The position numbers and the translations under genes are program-made. Under the pieces are notes generated by a model. That model was not told where the DNA came from. It was given only the letters and a program-made list of their open reading frames with translations, and did no database searches. A stretch of DNA of 64,000 nt, taken from the sequence record NC_061442.1; one strand, given 5' to 3'. Below, one piece after another: positions 18,490 to 28,306 of this stretch (position 1 is its first letter; every line of letters starts with the position of its first letter).

Positions 18490-18510
18490 GCTGATTCGTG
18501 CTATAATAGA
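18450..18510 (+). promoter_or_regulatory. Class-A phage promoter, upstream box embedded in the preceding ORF
   Basis: aagcacaattctGGacgaaatagc (GG at 18465); TGcTATAAT at 18499. Confidence 0.75.
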
Positions 18511-18556
18511 GATGAACGCTAGACAGTCGTTTAGCTACTTACATGAGGACATGTAT

Positions 18557-20005
18557 ATGAAAAAGATTAAACACACTTTCCGTCTGACCGATTTGGTACA
18601 TATCTCCAAACTTCCTGCAGGTATGTCCAAATTCCATGAAGGTTCGGACGCGATTGTTGTCGGTCGTAATGAAGATAGCGACCAGTATATTCTGCACGTT
18701 AAGCATGTCGGTGAGCTTTCATGGTACGAAGGTAAATCACTGACTCTGATTAGCCATAACAACGGTGAACTGCTTGACCAGTGGGAAGCGGGTGATTATG
18801 GTCGTGACAAGAAAAAGAAACGCAAGATCCCAAAAGAACTGCGTAACTTCACGGCAATCCTGCCTGTGACCTGCAATGCCGATTGTTCGTTCTGCCCTGA
18901 GAAAGAGATGGAGCAGAAAGCCAATCAGAAAGAATGGCAAGATGGTTTGATTGCCCAGATCAAACGCATGTACAAGAAAACGAAGTTCGACCATGTATCA
19001 ATCAGTGGCGGTGAACCTACGTTGCGAACAAAGTTCCTGTTTGAAACGATTGACCGTATTCAGAAAGAAACGCCGATCAAGAAAGTCGGTCTGACTTCTA
19101 ACGGTCAGTTCCTCGAGAAGCCAAACAGCACGTTCGACTTCTTAGACCGTAACACTACGCCTGAGATGACCAGCAAGCTGTCGCATCTGAATATCAGTAT
19201 GCACTCATTCAATCGTGAACGTGCCAACAAGATCATGGGCGTGAACTACAAACAGACCCTGGAAGATTTAGTTCGCTTCCGCCGTCAGCTTGGTCGTGAC
19301 GTTAGCTTCCATATTAACTTCGTGATCAACGATCAGACAGGCTCGATTACGGAAGAGTTCAAAGCTGCTGCTAACTTCATGCGGGCCAACCCATTCATCG
19401 ACGTTGTGTTCCGTGTTGACTACAACGATGTTGAACTGTCAAAAGCACTGCGTGACTACGCTATGGAGTATGAGGAGTACAACACCGCCGTGCGTACTTC
19501 GAAAAGGAAACTCAAGTTACTTGCCCCACGAGCACCTCACATCGTTCAGAAGTTTGATCGCTTCTTCGGTGGCCAGAATCTCGATGACGTTGAAAGCGCT
19601 TGGACTACAGGCTGCCCGTCGTGCTTCACTCATGCGTCGAACCCTGTCAATAATAGTCGCGCATATTTGAAAGCGTCTTCCTACGAACCTAATGAAGACG
19701 AAGCGGAGTACACTGAGCTGGTGTATCACATGGATGGCGCTCTGTATTGGGACTGGACTCGCAATGACCCTGTGCCGCTGCCACGCAGTAAACGTTTTGA
19801 CTTCGAGATGAAGGAAGAGAGGGCCGATAAGCCTATGCCTCGTTTGAAAAGCGCGCCTAAAGCGAAGACTGTGAAGAAAGCAAAAACCACCAAGAAAGAA
19901 ACTCCTACAACGAGTTCCGGAAGCTGTCACTATTCCGCGCCTTGTAGCTACAGCCAGGGCACTGGCGGTTCCTGTAGCTTCCGTAGCGGCGGTTGCAACT
20001 ATTAA
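18557..20005 (+). CDS. Radical SAM enzyme with extra N-terminal domain and Cys/Ser/Gly-rich C-tail
   Basis: CNADCSFC (CxxxCxxC), SGGEPT, TSNG; start moved to ATG 18557 (GAGGA RBS). Confidence 0.9.
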   Translation: MKKIKHTFRLTDLVHISKLPAGMSKFHEGSDAIVVGRNEDSDQYILHVKHVGELSWYEGKSLTLISHNNGELLDQWEAGDYGRDKKKKRKIPKELRNFTAILPVTCNADCSFCPEKEMEQKANQKEWQDGLIAQIKRMYKKTKFDHVSISGGEPTLRTKFLFETIDRIQKETPIKKVGLTSNGQFLEKPNSTFDFLDRNTTPEMTSKLSHLNISMHSFNRERANKIMGVNYKQTLEDLVRFRRQLGRDVSFHINFVINDQTGSITEEFKAAANFMRANPFIDVVFRVDYNDVELSKALRDYAMEYEEYNTAVRTSKRKLKLLAPRAPHIVQKFDRFFGGQNLDDVESAWTTGCPSCFTHASNPVNNSRAYLKASSYEPNEDEAEYTELVYHMDGALYWDWTRNDPVPLPRSKRFDFEMKEERADKPMPRLKSAPKAKTVKKAKTTKKETPTTSSGSCHYSAPCSYSQGTGGSCSFRSGGCNY

Positions 20006-20017
20006 GAGGAAAAGAAC

Positions 20018-20245
20018 ATGGCTAAGAAAGAACAAGTAACATCGAAAGACCTCGACGAACTCTACTCTGTTGTTATGGAGTACACAGGTAGCGAGCGTTA
20101 TCGTTTGTACTCGATGCTGACTGTCCGTAAGTTGCAGGCGATTCACTACGGACATACAATTCCTGCTGACATTCTTCGTCTGACGCACGGAAGCAATGAA
20201 TACGATTTGCAGGAAGCTATTGCCTTGCTGGGGAAAATGAAATGA
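20018..20245 (+). CDS. Hypothetical protein
   Basis: GAGGA RBS. Confidence 0.75.
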   Translation: MAKKEQVTSKDLDELYSVVMEYTGSERYRLYSMLTVRKLQAIHYGHTIPADILRLTHGSNEYDLQEAIALLGKMK

Positions 20246-20604
20246 GAGAACGTCGTAACTATTACTATGATAGCCCGTTCTACTACGGACTGATCACTTG
20301 GCGCAAACGCTTATTCATCGTCGTGGCCTTCTTTGTCTTCATCGTAATGTTCCATGCAGACAAACCTCCAGTCGTACACAATCAGTGGGCGATAACTGCC
20401 ATTATCTTTGGCCTGATGTTTGCTTTCTGCTATATAAGAATGCGTATCTATGAAACGTATCTACTCGAGGCGATGGGGCCATTAGACAACAACACGGTTA
20501 TCGGTAGCCTATCGTTCGACAAACTTGAGCGCCGTCACGAACTCTGGTACGAGAAGAAGTTCGGACACAAACCGCCTAAGACTAACACATGGAGCATCGA
20601 CTAA
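20242..20604 (+). CDS. Membrane protein (2 TM)
   Basis: Two hydrophobic helices; ATGA overlap. Confidence 0.7.
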   Translation: MRERRNYYYDSPFYYGLITWRKRLFIVVAFFVFIVMFHADKPPVVHNQWAITAIIFGLMFAFCYIRMRIYETYLLEAMGPLDNNTVIGSLSFDKLERRHELWYEKKFGHKPPKTNTWSID

Positions 20605-20981
20605 TGGCACTCATGTTTACTGAGAAGCATCGCAAACAATTCGGACGTGACAGCAAAGACCCGCAGTATCATGGAGATGCGTGTGAGGCCGTGTACAACC
20701 ATGGCATGGAATTGTTGCGTGAGCATAAGCGCCTGGCGTTGCTTATCGGAGCGAAACGTAGAACGCGCCTAGACAAAGGTGCGCCTATAACCAAGTGCTT
20801 TCGCAAGCAGTGGATTGAAGATAAGAAACTGGCGAACGAAGACACTCGCCCTATTGCTATGTTGATTGCTCGCTTTAAAGAAGTGGCTGTCTTATTGAAG
20901 CTGGCGCGTATGAACTATACCGACCTACATACTCGTCGTCACGGCTTTACTCGTCCTAGCTACTTCCACTGGAGAGACTAA
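20604..20981 (+). CDS. Hypothetical protein
   Basis: GGAG RBS before ATG 20604. Confidence 0.7.
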   Translation: MALMFTEKHRKQFGRDSKDPQYHGDACEAVYNHGMELLREHKRLALLIGAKRRTRLDKGAPITKCFRKQWIEDKKLANEDTRPIAMLIARFKEVAVLLKLARMNYTDLHTRRHGFTRPSYFHWRD

Positions 20982-20982
20982 C

Positions 20983-21558
20983 ATGGAAAAGAAATTCTGC
21001 AAACTGGCGCACATGGGTGCCGACGTGATTATGCCTGCTATCCTGTACGCATTGAATGAGAAGATGCAGGCAGGAGTCAAAGTAGATCTGGCCGAAGCGT
21101 ATACGTTGTTGAACGATACTCAGGCTGTGTACCTAACTATGGCAGGCGGTCAGCCTGATCGCTATTACGATCAACTCACGCCAACTATTCGTTTTCTTCT
21201 GGCAAAGTATGAAATAGAGTGGGCACTCGACCACGCGGCGCTTACGAAATACTGTCAAGCGTATATGGAGAGCAAGGGCTTCACTCCTGTTGGCGATGGC
21301 GTGTATTCATATCCAGAAGTTGTTTTGTATGGCAACTATGACCGAGTGTTCCTGCGTTCATTGATTAGTGACGCGGACTACAATCTACTGGGCGCTGCAA
21401 TACAGGACGAGATGGACGTTGCGGCCGAGATGGACGAGATTGATAAGAAACTCGATCGAGTAGAAGACGGCTGCTGCTCTGAGTGCGGTGCAAAACTAGA
21501 TCCCGATATTGATGGCCCGTTCATGTGCCTAGCATGTGACGAGGATGATGGAGAATAA
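20983..21558 (+). CDS. Hypothetical protein with C-terminal Zn ribbon
   Basis: CSECG...CLAC. Confidence 0.75.
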   Translation: MEKKFCKLAHMGADVIMPAILYALNEKMQAGVKVDLAEAYTLLNDTQAVYLTMAGGQPDRYYDQLTPTIRFLLAKYEIEWALDHAALTKYCQAYMESKGFTPVGDGVYSYPEVVLYGNYDRVFLRSLISDADYNLLGAAIQDEMDVAAEMDEIDKKLDRVEDGCCSECGAKLDPDIDGPFMCLACDEDDGE

Positions 21559-21560
21559 AA

Positions 21561-21824
21561 ATGGCTGTAGGCTTCGTAAAAGATGATGGCGTTAATGACA
21601 CCATCGAAGCTAACCTGAACAACGAGATTGACCGCGCCCGTGCAGAACTCTTAGGTAAGGGCACTACGCATTGCGTTAACCCTGATTGCGGTGCAGAGAT
21701 TCCCCTCATGCGCCGTGTAGCAATGCCGAATGCACGTTACTGTGTTGCCTGTCAATCAAGCCACGATGGTTCGGCGGTGAGCCTGTACAATCGTCGTGGT
21801 TCAAAAGATTCTCAACTGAGGTAA
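21561..21824 (+). CDS. ybiI: DksA/TraR C4-type zinc finger protein (YbiI-like)
   Basis: DDGVNDTIEANL..EIDRARA..C..CG.EIP..RR.A.P..RYCVACQ..YNRRGSKDSQLR, matching enterobacterial YbiI including the C-terminus. Confidence 0.9.
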   Translation: MAVGFVKDDGVNDTIEANLNNEIDRARAELLGKGTTHCVNPDCGAEIPLMRRVAMPNARYCVACQSSHDGSAVSLYNRRGSKDSQLR

Positions 21825-21828
21825 GATT

Positions 21829-22146
21829 ATGCTGCGTAAACTTTGGGTAGCAATGGGTTTCATGTTCCCTACTGTCCGGGATGCACTAAATAGCGGCGCA
21901 CATTGTACGCGCATTGGATATCGTAACTACTGTGTTCGAAGCTCTGGTGGTTTTGCCGAAGCCTTCTCTGACCACTTGATTCAGTATCGTGGAAGCTCTA
22001 TGTCACTCGCACGAAATGAAGACAGGCATGAAGACGTGTTGAATAAAGCACGTCATCTGGAATATCCGTGCGTAATCTATTTCAACGACAACACGTTCAA
22101 CTCTATGCCTGTAGAAGAGCCTCACATAAGGTACCCGGCACCATGA
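21829..22146 (+). CDS. Hypothetical protein
   Basis: ORF track. Confidence 0.65.
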   Translation: MLRKLWVAMGFMFPTVRDALNSGAHCTRIGYRNYCVRSSGGFAEAFSDHLIQYRGSSMSLARNEDRHEDVLNKARHLEYPCVIYFNDNTFNSMPVEEPHIRYPAP

Positions 22147-22727
22147 AACCTAACAAATGGAAAGTGAAGTTCACGCAGATCGACAAGCCCACTAATACGT
22201 TCACTGCAACGTATGGTAGTCTGGCTGAATTTGAAAAGTGGGCGCAACTGCATAGCAATAACGGATTCACTGTAGAAGTCGAAACGTCCGTTGTCGTTGA
22301 GATTCCTCTTGTTTCGTGGACATACCCTGCTTCGCCTGATCAAAGTGGTGTGCCGCGCCTCTTTCATGTTAAGCACTACTCGTCTGACGAACAGCCTTCG
22401 CTCATTGGTATGAAGCGTTACTTCCATGTTGAAGGCGACCGTGAAGAAGTTGAGGAGTTTGCTGACCTGCTCAACAAAACGATCTATGCTGCGCGTACCT
22501 ACGTAGAGCAAGGCGTGACGTATACTGTTGAAGGTTACGCGCCCTCCGGCGCTGCTTGGCTTACTGTTCAATCTGGTTTGGCAACACTTCAGGCTGTAGA
22601 AGAATGCCTTGCGATGGTTAGAAGCAGGGCACCAAGCGCCGTTAACGTTCTGACTGCGCTTCGCGTCGCACGTATTGTGCGTGAAGTCGGTGAAGAAATA
22701 ACTGATATGGGGAAACACGTATCATGA
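22143..22727 (+). CDS. Hypothetical protein
   Basis: ATGA overlap; start moved to 22143. Confidence 0.7.
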   Translation: MKPNKWKVKFTQIDKPTNTFTATYGSLAEFEKWAQLHSNNGFTVEVETSVVVEIPLVSWTYPASPDQSGVPRLFHVKHYSSDEQPSLIGMKRYFHVEGDREEVEEFADLLNKTIYAARTYVEQGVTYTVEGYAPSGAAWLTVQSGLATLQAVEECLAMVRSRAPSAVNVLTALRVARIVREVGEEITDMGKHVS

Positions 22728-22906
22728 CAGAAGAAGAACGCAAAGTCTTCCTAGAACGTTTGAAAAAGCGCGGGGAAGAACGTAAGTCTATCACCAAATG
22801 CGAAGACTGCCGTACTTCTCTGGAAGAAGGTGAAGTCTATGGCGACTCCGCAGACCTGTGTGAGAATTGCTGTGCTGATCGTGAAGACGAAGGAGAGTCA
22901 ACATGA
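22724..22906 (+). CDS. Small Zn-finger protein
   Basis: CEDC...CENCC. Confidence 0.65.
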   Translation: MTEEERKVFLERLKKRGEERKSITKCEDCRTSLEEGEVYGDSADLCENCCADREDEGEST

Positions 22907-23238
22907 AGAAAGTAACTGCTTCTGTAAATGCTGTACACGGCGAACGTGTTGTCCCAATCTTCTTTGGTGAAGATGATGGAAAGCCGTACATAGGCAAAGC
23001 ATTTTGGGATAGCCTGTGTCTGCGTGATGACTTGTTTAAAGAGCCTGAGACGCAGCAGGTTCTTCATAACGATCAACGGATGAATAGAACGGAGTTCATC
23101 CGCGTGTCTACCTTCCCTGACGTGATTCAGGCATTGCGTCGATGCACAAACTACATTCGTTACTTTGAGTATATCAGTGACGAAGACATTGAAGACCTGA
23201 GTGAAGCTCTCAGTCACTGGGTAAACGAGGACGAATAA
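22903..23238 (+). CDS. Hypothetical protein
   Basis: AAGGAG RBS. Confidence 0.75.
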   Translation: MKKVTASVNAVHGERVVPIFFGEDDGKPYIGKAFWDSLCLRDDLFKEPETQQVLHNDQRMNRTEFIRVSTFPDVIQALRRCTNYIRYFEYISDEDIEDLSEALSHWVNEDE

Positions 23239-23958
23239 ATGGAACACGCACAGCACTTAGAAGCAATCAAGCAAATCACCGTCAACCAGATTCAATCGTT
23301 CAGCTACGTGGCTGCAATCATCCACACGCAGGCTAACAGTCAGCCTGAAGTGCTGTCCGAAGTATGGCAGCGTCATATGTGTACCACGCTCGGCCTGACT
23401 TACGAACACTGGACGTACTACAACGAGCTTGCTAACTACATGGAGCTCGGTATGGTTCCATACATGCCTGTGCTGCAGGTGGCCGTAACTGCTTTCGTTG
23501 GCGCAGACGTTCGTGAGACACTGGCGCGTTTCTCGCATCTCGATAAAGAGCTGGTAGTGTCTGCGTATGAAGTAGGCAACGAGTGGCTGCTGGACAATCA
23601 TCGTTTGATTTGCACATGCCGCGCAATCGACGCGCTGATCAGTCTGTACTCTACGCACAAGCTGGAGATAGACGAGCAGGAAGAAAGTCGCTGCATCGCC
23701 TATCCTGGTATGCCGAATATGCCCCATCAGTTTGTTGAGATGTACAAGCTGATCGAAGAAGCTCGTATGAGTGTTGATGGTCATTGGCGAACACCTCTGC
23801 GTTACTTCCACTCCAAAGAACGTGACTATCTGTGGAACTATCCTCCTAACATGTCCAGTATGCAGAACGTCATCATTCAGACAGACGCAGGTACTATCTA
23901 CCTGACTGGTGTGCCTAAGCGTGGAGATACTAACGCTAACCATCTACGCTCTGTGTGA
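23239..23958 (+). CDS. Hypothetical protein
   Basis: Abuts the upstream stop. Confidence 0.75.
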   Translation: MEHAQHLEAIKQITVNQIQSFSYVAAIIHTQANSQPEVLSEVWQRHMCTTLGLTYEHWTYYNELANYMELGMVPYMPVLQVAVTAFVGADVRETLARFSHLDKELVVSAYEVGNEWLLDNHRLICTCRAIDALISLYSTHKLEIDEQEESRCIAYPGMPNMPHQFVEMYKLIEEARMSVDGHWRTPLRYFHSKERDYLWNYPPNMSSMQNVIIQTDAGTIYLTGVPKRGDTNANHLRSV

Positions 23959-23999
23959 ACTGTAAACCCATAACATCAACCTGATTGAGGTATTGAGAC

Positions 24000-24368
24000 A
24001 TGATTAAGAAAGTGACAGCGTTCATCGCTAAAGATGAAATGACCGTAGAGCAAATGGCGGAGAAACTTAACCTGTCTAGCTACAACGCGATTCATCGTGG
24101 TGGCTATACGGTAGTTTGTGGTACAGACAGTCAAGGTGATCGTATCAGCTTGGTCTGCGGTCCGTATGTATTGCAGCAAAGTATCTGGGGCGTTCAGAAG
24201 ATGCTGGACGCAGGGTTTAGCGAGACAGATGCGCTGCTGGCTTTAGGTCTGACCCGTCCTGCTTACACCGCGCTCAAGAAGAAAGAGCGTGAGCAAAAGA
24301 AAGCGGCCGAGCAAGCTGCTAAACAACAACCTCGTCGCGGCTCTGTCGTGTCTCTCGATGACCTTTAA
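24000..24368 (+). CDS. Hypothetical protein
   Basis: GAGG RBS. Confidence 0.75.
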   Translation: MIKKVTAFIAKDEMTVEQMAEKLNLSSYNAIHRGGYTVVCGTDSQGDRISLVCGPYVLQQSIWGVQKMLDAGFSETDALLALGLTRPAYTALKKKEREQKKAAEQAAKQQPRRGSVVSLDDL

Positions 24369-24378
24369 GGAACAAGCA

Positions 24379-25161
24379 ATGAAACAGTTATTCGTAGGTA
24401 GCCACCCAAACACTGTGAAGTTCTCTGACCTTGACGGACGTGATCGTGTTTGTGAGATTCGCGCGATGATCACTGACGCGTATCGCATGTTGCGTGATTC
24501 AATTGGCGAGCAAGCCAAGAACGAAACGAATACCTTCCACGGCCCGTGGCTTGTGTTCCGCAATCTCATGAACGATCACCCTGCCGCCTGTCTGGAAGAG
24601 TTTCGTCATGCGTCTATCTACTTCGATGCAGATACAGAAGGCAAGGTAACTGAGATTGCTGATCTGATTGAACAGCACATTGAACTGACCAGACAGTCAC
24701 TCGACCTGCGTGGTACTCACAAACATCAGGCCGATGTGATGGTTGGTATCGCAAGAACTGACGATTCAATGCGTGAGGTAACGCTTATGCGTGGGCTGGG
24801 TAAATCTCGAGGCGATGCGGTGCTTGAGACTGAATTGCAGCACAACCCACATCGTGCTCTGGCTGATGATCTGCGTAAGTATCTCGATCATTTCAAAGAG
24901 CGTGACGGTATCTTCGAACTGTGTACGCTGCTGACTAAACGATACGGTAAGCCTTCATTCGATACCTATGCTGATAGCACGGTAGATGAAATGATTGACG
25001 AAACGTGTCAGGCTGTTCAGTCGGTCAATGAGCCTATCGATCAAGTGTACGACTTGGTCTGCCGTGCAATCCTTTCATTTGGTCTGCCTGCGCTTCCTGC
25101 TGATGCAGACGACAAAGATGACCAGGCTGCTGACGATGAAAACTACGCTCTCGCACCTTAA
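24379..25161 (+). CDS. Hypothetical protein
   Basis: AAGGA RBS before ATG 24379. Confidence 0.75.
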   Translation: MKQLFVGSHPNTVKFSDLDGRDRVCEIRAMITDAYRMLRDSIGEQAKNETNTFHGPWLVFRNLMNDHPAACLEEFRHASIYFDADTEGKVTEIADLIEQHIELTRQSLDLRGTHKHQADVMVGIARTDDSMREVTLMRGLGKSRGDAVLETELQHNPHRALADDLRKYLDHFKERDGIFELCTLLTKRYGKPSFDTYADSTVDEMIDETCQAVQSVNEPIDQVYDLVCRAILSFGLPALPADADDKDDQAADDENYALAP

Positions 25162-25342
25162 GCAGTATTGGCGTGAAGCGATGATACTGACTGTGTTGGT
25201 TATTGTCGCTATCGCTCTTCCTTTTCTCGAAGTACGCAACCCAACGTTAGTGATGCTTGTTGCTGTTATCGTTGCTGCGTACTTCATTGCTACTTGGGCA
25301 TGTAAGCCTATATACGGACCCGACGATGAAGAAGAAAAATGA
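25136..25342 (+). CDS. Small membrane protein (2 TM, acidic tail)
   Basis: Two hydrophobic segments; start inferred. Confidence 0.55.
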   Translation: MKTTLSHLKQYWREAMILTVLVIVAIALPFLEVRNPTLVMLVAVIVAAYFIATWACKPIYGPDDEEEK

Positions 25343-25880
25343 AATCAAACTGAGTGCTGCTGATATCGCAACGGGTATCATCTGCATCAACGAAGCTCTG
25401 GCTAAGCACGGCCTGTCGTGTGCAGAGGGCGATGTTGGTTACGAAACTGTGTACACTGACGAGCATGGTGAAACGCAGGGTGGCTGGTACGCCGAGTTTG
25501 ATAAGAAGTCTCGTGAGAAGCTGCGCGAATCTAAGCAGGTGCACTGGCGCAATACTGGAATGCTCGGCGGCGATACGATTGACGAGATCCTTCGCACAAT
25601 CGCCAGTCTCAAATTTCGCAATCACGCCAAAGAGCCGACGCCATTGCAGTTGAAGAAAGCAGAGACGGCTTTGACCAAAGAAGAGGCTACTAAGAAGGCA
25701 CTGGAGATCTACAACTCTGCATTGCCTCTGTCTGATGCAGACTTAAAGCTATGTATCGATCACTTCCGTATGCTGGAGAAGATGATTCGTATTGACCCAA
25801 TGTTAAAGCTCGCGCAGCCGTACGTTGTGAACAATCTATATCAACTCGAAAACTATCTACACGCACGTAAGTGTAAGTAA
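25326..25880 (+). CDS. Hypothetical protein
   Basis: ORF track; start moved to 25326. Confidence 0.7.
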   Translation: MKKKNEIKLSAADIATGIICINEALAKHGLSCAEGDVGYETVYTDEHGETQGGWYAEFDKKSREKLRESKQVHWRNTGMLGGDTIDEILRTIASLKFRNHAKEPTPLQLKKAETALTKEEATKKALEIYNSALPLSDADLKLCIDHFRMLEKMIRIDPMLKLAQPYVVNNLYQLENYLHARKCK

Positions 25881-25886
25881 CCAATC

Positions 25887-25912
25887 AGGGAGGTCCTTAA
25901 CTGGATCTCCCT
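25887..25912 (+). terminator. Hairpin (ttaact loop), possible terminator or processing site
   Basis: agggaggtcc-ttaact-ggatctccct; same loop as 34588. Confidence 0.5.
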
Positions 25913-25935
25913 CTGTCATTTCTGGAGCATTTCTC

Positions 25936-26916
25936 ATGCGATTTGGTTTCGCCTGCAAGCTGATTGACCCACAAGGCAAACAGCCGTACACAAACAAAAG
26001 TCTAAGCTATAAACATTTCTCTGCCTTATCTGCACCTGACCAACATGACAAGCTCTTGGACGTCGTTACGCATAACCTGACTTCACTGCTATCTATGATC
26101 AAACACGTTGGTCAGTTACGTACGGATATGCGCATGTTCCGAATCACAAGTGAGTTGCTGCCTCTATACACGCACCCTAAGGTGTTTCACATGTACATGC
26201 GACATGATGTTGTGCGCCTGACTGAAACTATGCTGGCGCTATGTGGCAAAGCAGCAAGACGACATGGTGTGAGGCTTTCATTCCACCCAGGACAATTCAC
26301 GGTGCTCGCGTCTGATCGACCAGACGTTGTTCAAAACTCGATTGCTGAACTTGAGTACCACGCTTACTGCGCCTATCACATGGGATACGGTAGACGCTTT
26401 CAAGACTTCAAGATCAACATTCACCTTAGCGGTAGATTAGGTGCAGTAGGATTCAGAGCAGCCTTTAGCAAACTCTCTACCCACTGTCGAAAGATGCTGA
26501 CTGTGGAGAACGATGAAATCACTTCGAGCATTGAGGACGTACTGACATTATCCGACCTGTGTCCTATCGTGCTGGATATACATCACCACTGGGTAATGAC
26601 TAACGAGTATATACGACCAGAAGATGATCGTGTGCGACAAGTCATAGATTCTTGGCGAGGTGTTCGACCTGTAGCGCATTACTCTGTGTCTAAGCCTGAG
26701 TTTGTTCCTTCTCGCGGTCTGCCTGATCAAAACAAGCTGCCTGCTAATCGTATGCAGTTACGAGCACACTCTGATTACTATCATAATGAAGACGTGAGCG
26801 AGTGGGCGCTTTCATTCACTGATTTTGACCTAATGTGTGAGTCAAAAGCGAAGAATCTAGCACGTACAAAATTGGCATGTTTTTCAGGCAACTCTGCAAA
26901 TAACTGGACAAAATGA
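25936..26916 (+). CDS. uvsE: UV DNA damage endonuclease (UvsE/UVDE)
   Basis: MRFGFACK, RMFRITS, RLSFHPGQF, LEYH, INIH, TVENDE, LDIHHH, HYS, HSD, MCESKAK. Confidence 0.95.
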   Translation: MRFGFACKLIDPQGKQPYTNKSLSYKHFSALSAPDQHDKLLDVVTHNLTSLLSMIKHVGQLRTDMRMFRITSELLPLYTHPKVFHMYMRHDVVRLTETMLALCGKAARRHGVRLSFHPGQFTVLASDRPDVVQNSIAELEYHAYCAYHMGYGRRFQDFKINIHLSGRLGAVGFRAAFSKLSTHCRKMLTVENDEITSSIEDVLTLSDLCPIVLDIHHHWVMTNEYIRPEDDRVRQVIDSWRGVRPVAHYSVSKPEFVPSRGLPDQNKLPANRMQLRAHSDYYHNEDVSEWALSFTDFDLMCESKAKNLARTKLACFSGNSANNWTK

Positions 26917-26968
26917 GGCTTGTATCTGAATATAGCCCTGTGATACACTAGATATGAGCATTATCGCT
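26891..26968 (+). promoter_or_regulatory. Class-A phage promoter
   Basis: actctgcaaataactGGacaaaat; TGaTACACT at 26941; gagc-attatc-gctc hairpin. Confidence 0.85.
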
Positions 26969-26998
26969 CGTCAGAATAACTAGAATCGAGGAATCGCT

Positions 26999-27292
26999 AT
27001 GTTCACAACTACTATGACTCAAAAGAAACCTGCAATGTCTCTCACGTACTCACGGTCTAATCACTATGAGACACGTAATAGAATCTCTTGCATCTGGCCT
27101 GGTGCGCTGGACGTACCTATGCCAATCAAACGTTGGTGCCGTGCAAATGAAATCCTGATCGACCTCGACGCTTACATGCGTGTTCGATTCAGGGGCCGTC
27201 GCCAAGATATCCTTACGTTGATTGCTAATCACATTGCAGTCAATAACCCTGACCTTGCCACTCGCATCGCCGCGACAATCACTGAGGCTTAA
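26999..27292 (+). CDS. Hypothetical protein
   Basis: GAGGA RBS. Confidence 0.7.
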   Translation: MFTTTMTQKKPAMSLTYSRSNHYETRNRISCIWPGALDVPMPIKRWCRANEILIDLDAYMRVRFRGRRQDILTLIANHIAVNNPDLATRIAATITEA

Positions 27293-27293
27293 A

Positions 27294-27557
27294 ATGAAAC
27301 TTCAACCTGTGGAAGCTGTTTACGGTGCATACAACACCAACACTCCTCTAGTGGAGAAACGCGGCTTTCGTTCTGTCGAATCGCAGTACGTCGATGGCAC
27401 GGAGGTTAGATTACAGCGGCTCGCACATGATATACATGAACGTGTGGTTGTGGGCTACGACCAATTTGGTCGGGCAGTGTACGGAACACGCGTACCACAA
27501 TCAACGTTCGAAGTGCGTGACAGCAAGGAAAGCGAACCGAATAAGACGGCGCCCTAG
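27294..27557 (+). CDS. Hypothetical protein
   Basis: GAGG RBS before ATG 27294. Confidence 0.7.
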   Translation: MKLQPVEAVYGAYNTNTPLVEKRGFRSVESQYVDGTEVRLQRLAHDIHERVVVGYDQFGRAVYGTRVPQSTFEVRDSKESEPNKTAP

Positions 27558-27629
27558 CAAGCTCACAACCAGAAGCCATAGAATAACAATAACCAATTCA
27601 TGCGCTGACCTATCGTGGGGTGTCTTAAA

Positions 27630-28007
27630 ATGATCGTTATATGTAATAGCTCGAAAGAATTTTCAGCCGACCGTTTGGCTCATGGGGACGCATTTGTTTT
27701 TGGAAAGACACGCATGTTGTTACGTGCGGACTTCATCATCCTGACAGACAAAAACAATGCAGTCTTCGTAGTACGCAAATCTGATGTTGTTTGGTCTCCC
27801 GAGCTTACGGGTGCAACGCATGTGATTAAAATCCGGGCGTTCGCCCAGATTAAGCCTTTTGAACTTAACGCAGCATGTCCGCAATTTAATAGTCGTGTGT
27901 TCGGAACAATTGCATTCCGTAACCCACACTTCGAGCACCGCCTTGGTAGCTTGAAATATGTAGAGACAATCTTCGGAGGTTTACATGGCACGGTATCATG
28001 TGTTTAG
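27630..28007 (+). CDS. Hypothetical protein
   Basis: ORF track; start moved to 27630. Confidence 0.65.
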   Translation: MIVICNSSKEFSADRLAHGDAFVFGKTRMLLRADFIILTDKNNAVFVVRKSDVVWSPELTGATHVIKIRAFAQIKPFELNAACPQFNSRVFGTIAFRNPHFEHRLGSLKYVETIFGGLHGTVSCV

Positions 28008-28236
28008 TGCGACCCATAAATACTACGGTGAAGCATACGAAGGGACTTGGCTGAAAGAGATAACTCTCAATGGGCATCAAGTCCTCAACGCAGAGTTCCC
28101 CAACTTTGAGGCGGCGAAAGAATGTGCCGATAAGTTGCATGAGGTTTGCGATATTGGGTGGATCGTGTATAACGCTTTTTCTGAACGCGCTATGTACGAT
28201 ACCCGTACAGTACAGGGCGAGTCTGTAAACAACTAA
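27985..28236 (+). CDS. Hypothetical protein
   Basis: GGAGG RBS. Confidence 0.7.
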   Translation: MARYHVFSATHKYYGEAYEGTWLKEITLNGHQVLNAEFPNFEAAKECADKLHEVCDIGWIVYNAFSERAMYDTRTVQGESVNN

Positions 28237-28306
28237 CAGGCCCGCTAGTAATCCCTAATCGTGATGCTCACGGGCGTCACACAAATTCATAATACGAGGC
28301 TATAAA

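Noticed and set aside
18557-20005. Calling the radical SAM a viperin or an NrdG/QueE
   Set aside because: Only generic rSAM motifs are shared; family-specific residues were not recognised
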